Of a DNA stretch of 36,573 nt, positions 32,544 through 36,573 are shown one piece after another. The translations under genes were made by a program, and so were the position numbers. The stretch is from assembly GCF_004010195.1 (NCBI RefSeq), contig NC_057758.1, positions 4,433,231 through 4,469,803 on the forward strand. The letters are read 5' to 3'. Source of the stretch: Chiloscyllium plagiosum (lineage: Eukaryota). Every line of letters starts with the position of its first letter. Position 1 is the first letter of the stretch. The notes under the pieces are model-generated. The model did not search any database. It saw only the letters and a list, made by a program, of their open reading frames with translations, and was not told the origin of the DNA.

Positions 32544-34005
32544 TCCCTGAAACATCAGAAAGGAAGAATGGGGAAAAGATAGAAGAAAAGCATGAGAGAA
32601 GAGGATTCTTTGGGGAGCTGATGAGCTAAATGGCGTCCTTTTACACAATAAAAGTTCTATGGTCACTTAATTCTGAGCCAAATAAGGGAAAATCAGAGCA
32701 GGTGTAGGAAAGTTTGGTAAAGAGGGCAAATTGAAGGAGTGTCTCAGTGAGTAAAAGTGAATGACAGATGGTTGAGGTTTTGGAATAGAATTCCAAATCT
32801 CATGAATTTTCATGGACCCCAACATTACAGCAGTTAACAATCCAGTTTCAAGAGAGTGAAACTGGATGAGCTCAGAAATACACAACATTGATGTAGCTGA
32901 AGGGGACGCTGGTTAAAGATACCACAGTTAGTGTTTATTTCATTCCAGACACACCAGCCAGGGAGCACATCCTTCCTGTATCGATCCTATTGAGATCTTT
33001 AAAAATTTTGTTCATTTCAAGTGTTTCATGTTTAGATACGCTCACGAAGACAGCTTCACTCTCCGCAATCTCTCCTGAGAGGGCAGGAGAGTCTTGTCTA
33101 TTGTCTATTCGCAATGCTGCTGTTAGAAATCAATTCACTGGTGTATGTTACTGGCTGTTTCATGGATTGGAAGTGGCTACTGAGACTGTCAATTTACTGT
33201 ATGCTGTATTGCCAGGTTGCCAGACATGTCAAGTGTTTTCAAAGAAAAAAACACATTTGGGAAACGAATGTCAGTTGAGGGGCACCCTCTTTCGATACGA
33301 TCTATTAATAGTTGTTGGAACTGACTTACCTGGCTTTAACCAAGTGGTCAAATAATTACAACTGTCATAGAAGCTGGTATCATGGGTCAAGAAGTGTAAG
33401 TAATGGAGGAGGTGTCAGTTCTGCTGGTTAAGTGCACAAAGTTGTTTAAAATGTTGCTAACTTGCTTTCAGCATCATGGTGACAGTAGGACACATAACTG
33501 AGATCATTGCATTGTTCAAGTTTTCCACGGTCAGAGAACTAAAGGAAAAGCTGGAGCTGGGCGTTGTGGGATGAGTTAGGAGTCAGAGGGACAAAAAAAC
33601 AAAAGTTGCGATTGATAAAAAAAAAACTTAGTTCCACTCAGACTGTGTCCTGCAGTTTTGTCTTTGCTTCTCCAAAGCCTGGGAAATTCACTTCCTCTCA
33701 GTGATCCAGCCTCTTTTCCAGTCTCTCCCCATTCCCTTGCAGACACGAAAGCATAGCTACAGCTTTAAATTGCTCATTTGAGCCATTGGAGCTTGTGCAG
33801 AGGCTGGCTGTTTAAAGGAACACTGTCCTTCACTGCTGTTCTAATTTAAAGGGATAGAAACAATGTGTGAGACAGACTGATGTCAACCTTGAGAGCAGAG
33901 AAATCAGATCCTAATCAGAAACGAATAATAGAGTAAATTACGAACTGTTCTCAATTCCTCCTGCAATATTATTGCAATAAGGACAGAGATAAACTTGTTT
34001 TACAG

Positions 34006-34960
34006 CCAAAGGATTCACGGATGGGAAATTCACACTTGAAAGCGATATGAGAGCCACCCAATTCCACAGGTCCTGATCATTATGGGTAATATGGAAGGGA
34101 AAACAGCATTCCCTGCCCAGAGACACCATTCCCATGTTGTGTGCATGGTTGAGGATTAGACTGGTCATGTGGTCTGGGAAGACACCATTATTACAGGACC
34201 AGCGTGTGGCTGTGTAAATGTGGGGAAGGAGGGAAGGAATTCACCTACCCCTCCCAGTGGGACACTCATCAACACAGTCACACTGCGGAGAGGCCGCTCA
34301 CCTGCCTCACGTATGGGAAAGGGTTTACTCGATCTTACAATCTGCTGAGGCACCAGAGAGGGCACAGAGGATTCAGACACTTCACCTGCTCCATGTGTGA
34401 GAAAGGATTCATTCACATCTCTCAGATGCAAAAACATCAGTGCATTCCCACTGGGGAGAGGCCATTCACCTGTGCAATGTGTGGGAAATGGTTCACTCAG
34501 TCCTCTGACCAGCTGAAACACCAGAGAACTTACTCTGGGGAAAAGGTCATTCACTTGCTCCCAGTGTGGAATGAGACACACTCAAATGCCGCAGCTGCTG
34601 AGACCCCAGTGAGCCCACACAGGGGGAGAGGCCATTCAGATGCTCAGTGTGTGAGAAGGAATTGAGTGATTCATCCCTCCCCTGAAACCCCACTGAGCCC
34701 ACACAGGGGAGAGACCATTCAAACGCTCAATGTGCGAGAAGGGATTCAGTGATGCATCCTGCCTCCTGAGACCTCAGTAAGACCACACAGGGGAGAGGCC
34801 ATTCAGATGCTCAGTGTGTGAGAAGGCATTCAGTGATTCATCCTGCCCCGAGACCCCAGCGAGGCCACACAGGGGATAGGCCATTCAAACGCTCAATGTG
34901 CGAGAAGGGATTCAGTGATTCATTCGGCCTGCTGAGACCACAGCGAGACCACACTAGGTA
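34006..34960 (+). pseudogene. Tandem C2H2 (Kruppel-type) zinc-finger pseudogene, about 10 degenerate fingers
   Basis: Repeated HTGERPF-type linkers at 84-bp spacing, e.g. TGERPFTCAMCGKWFTQSSDQLKHQRTYSGEK. In-frame TGA at 34150, frameshifts (about 34545, 34625) and loss of Cys/His ligands in the fingers. Possible acceptor TTGTTTTACAG at 34005 and ATG at 34091. Confidence 0.9.
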
Positions 34961-35250
34961 GGAGCTGTTTACCTCTGGTCATCCCCCTGCTCCGTGTGGG
35001 GTAGAGTTCACACATCTCTGCAGGACTCTGATTCTGCAGTTACTGTTCATCAGAGTCAGGACTGGACCTTGTACATGATGACACTGTTGGAGTATTGATG
35101 TTGTGGTTGTTAATCACATTAACTGGGCTGGAGTTGACTGAATTCATATTGCCACTTTCTGAACCCAGGGATGTCTCTCTGGGCATAAGTCTCCACAAAC
35201 AGCAATGTGACAATGAGCAGGTATCATCTGTTTTGATTTAAATTGTGACT

Positions 35251-35580
35251 GTAGCACTGCTGCTTCACAGCATCAGGTACAAGGTTGGAGTCCAGCCTTG
35301 GTCAACAGCCTGTATGGAGTGCCCATATTCTCCCCAGGATAGTGTGGGTCCCCTCCAGGTGCTCTGGTTTCCTCCCACAGTCCAAAGATGTGAAGTTCAG
35401 GTGGATCGGTTGTGCTAAATTGTCCACAGGCTCCAGGAATGTGCAGACTCGGTGGATCAGCCATGGGAAATTCAGTGTTACAGGGATGGAGTGCTCTGGG
35501 CGTGATGTTCATTGGATTGTCGGTGGGATTTGATGAGCCTATACTCTCCTTCCACACTGTCGCGATTCTATTCTATGATT
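35251..35580 (+). mobile_element. tRNA-derived SINE (HE1/V-SINE type), head slightly truncated
   Basis: GTAGCACTGCTGCTTCACAGC..GGTTGGAGTCC, GGTGCTCTGGTTTCCTCCCACAGTCCAAAGATGTG, tail TTCCACACTGTCGCGATTCTATTCTATGATT. Confidence 0.88.
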
Positions 35581-36309
35581 GAGGATAAATGCTACACAGC
35601 AGGGTGTCCTTGGAGAAGGAGCATGTGGTGTGTATCAATCGATACCTTTAGTTAGCGGTGGGCACCGCAGGGGATACAGTGCTTTATCTCCACTGCTGCT
35701 CCCTCACCCCTAACTCTCCTTTGATTTGGTCCCTTCGCACTCTGACACTTGTAATGGTTTGCTTGGCCCGTAATGGGCTTTGTTTGGAAATATTCAATTG
35801 GTTTGCAAATGGTTTACTGCTGGTGATTATATATTAACAAAAACCAAAACGGTTTAATGATGATGTTGATGGTGGGAAGGTTGCTCCGCCGTATGTGAGA
35901 ACACTTTTGTGTAGGAGAAAAAAGAACGCTTCACAGCACAGAGAGCGCGAACTGAAAAGCGGTTAAAGCAAAACAAAGGTTCAGAAAGGGAGGGAATGTT
36001 TCCCTGGAGTGTGAGTAACTGGGTAGTGATGGTGTACGGGAGTAGACAGGATTTTGTCCTAAAGGGCATTTGAAATTTTAAAACTTTTATATTCTGATAT
36101 TCCGTGTCATTTCTTTTAGATGTATTTGTTGTGGAATAAACGTTTACATTTAACACAAAACAAAGTCACAAACGTTGTGTTAAAGACAAATGTTAAATAA
36201 AATCCATCAAACTATCCCTCACTGAAAATCGATGTGGAAGTGCAATCGCCTGGATAATCCCTGCCCTGCCTCCGTCTTCCTACCCGGGTTTCATGGTTAT
36301 ATACATACC

Positions 36310-36470
36310 TGGGAGAGAGCAGCAGGAGAAGGCCTTTCGATCCTGCTCCACCATTCAATGGGAAACAGCTGACCATCCAGCTCAGTCTCCTGTTCCTACT
36401 GTGTTCCAATCTCCTTTGATGGTTTTATCTCGAAGAAGTATATCTAAGTCCTTTGGCTTCACTGCCTTTA
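36310..36470 (-). mobile_element. Old CR1-type 3' end fragment
   Basis: GCAGGAGAAGGCCTTTCG..CCTGCTCCACCATTCAAT..GCTGACCATCCA resembles the reverse complement of a CR1 3' UTR. Confidence 0.55.
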
Positions 36471-36573
36471 GTTCAAGTGACGTGGCGGTGTTACTGTGTG
36501 GGTGTAGGCAGGGGTAATGTGATGGCACTCTTCCTGGAGGATGCACTCAGCATCCCTCATCATCCTGCAGTAA

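Noticed and set aside
32990..33355. ORF with YW...CQTCQV resembling an integrase zinc-binding motif
   Set aside because: Spacing is wrong, with no upstream histidines or downstream DDE core. Likely chance.
34614..34947. Regularly spaced repeats that might suggest a CRISPR-like array
   Set aside because: The 84-bp period with HTGERPF linkers is a C2H2 finger array, there are no unique spacers, and the context is eukaryotic.

Overview
Eukaryotic, repeat-dense vertebrate genomic DNA, most likely from a cartilaginous fish (shark). This inference rests on the repeat complement: CR1/HER1-type LINEs with (TTCTATG)n or (CTCTATGA)n tails, HE1/V-SINE-type tRNA-derived SINEs and Penelope-like elements. 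Most of the window is decayed retroelements, several of them nested. There is one apparently intact protein-coding exon (5584-6482, +), a GPR139/GPR142-like class A GPCR whose first exon I could not find in the window. A second, heavily decayed paralogue of that receptor (about 22113-23118, +), not resolved as a gene by the ORF track, is split by a Penelope-derived insertion. A C2H2 zinc-finger pseudogene lies at about 34006-34960 (+). Penelope termini carry several degenerate hammerhead-ribozyme cores and form small palindromic elements. There are two assembly gaps (17074-17439, 31225-31724). I found no demonstrably new system; the best lead is a birth-and-death cluster of GPR139/142-like receptors. 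Repeat boundaries are read by eye and approximate, and family names come from recalled motifs, not database searches.
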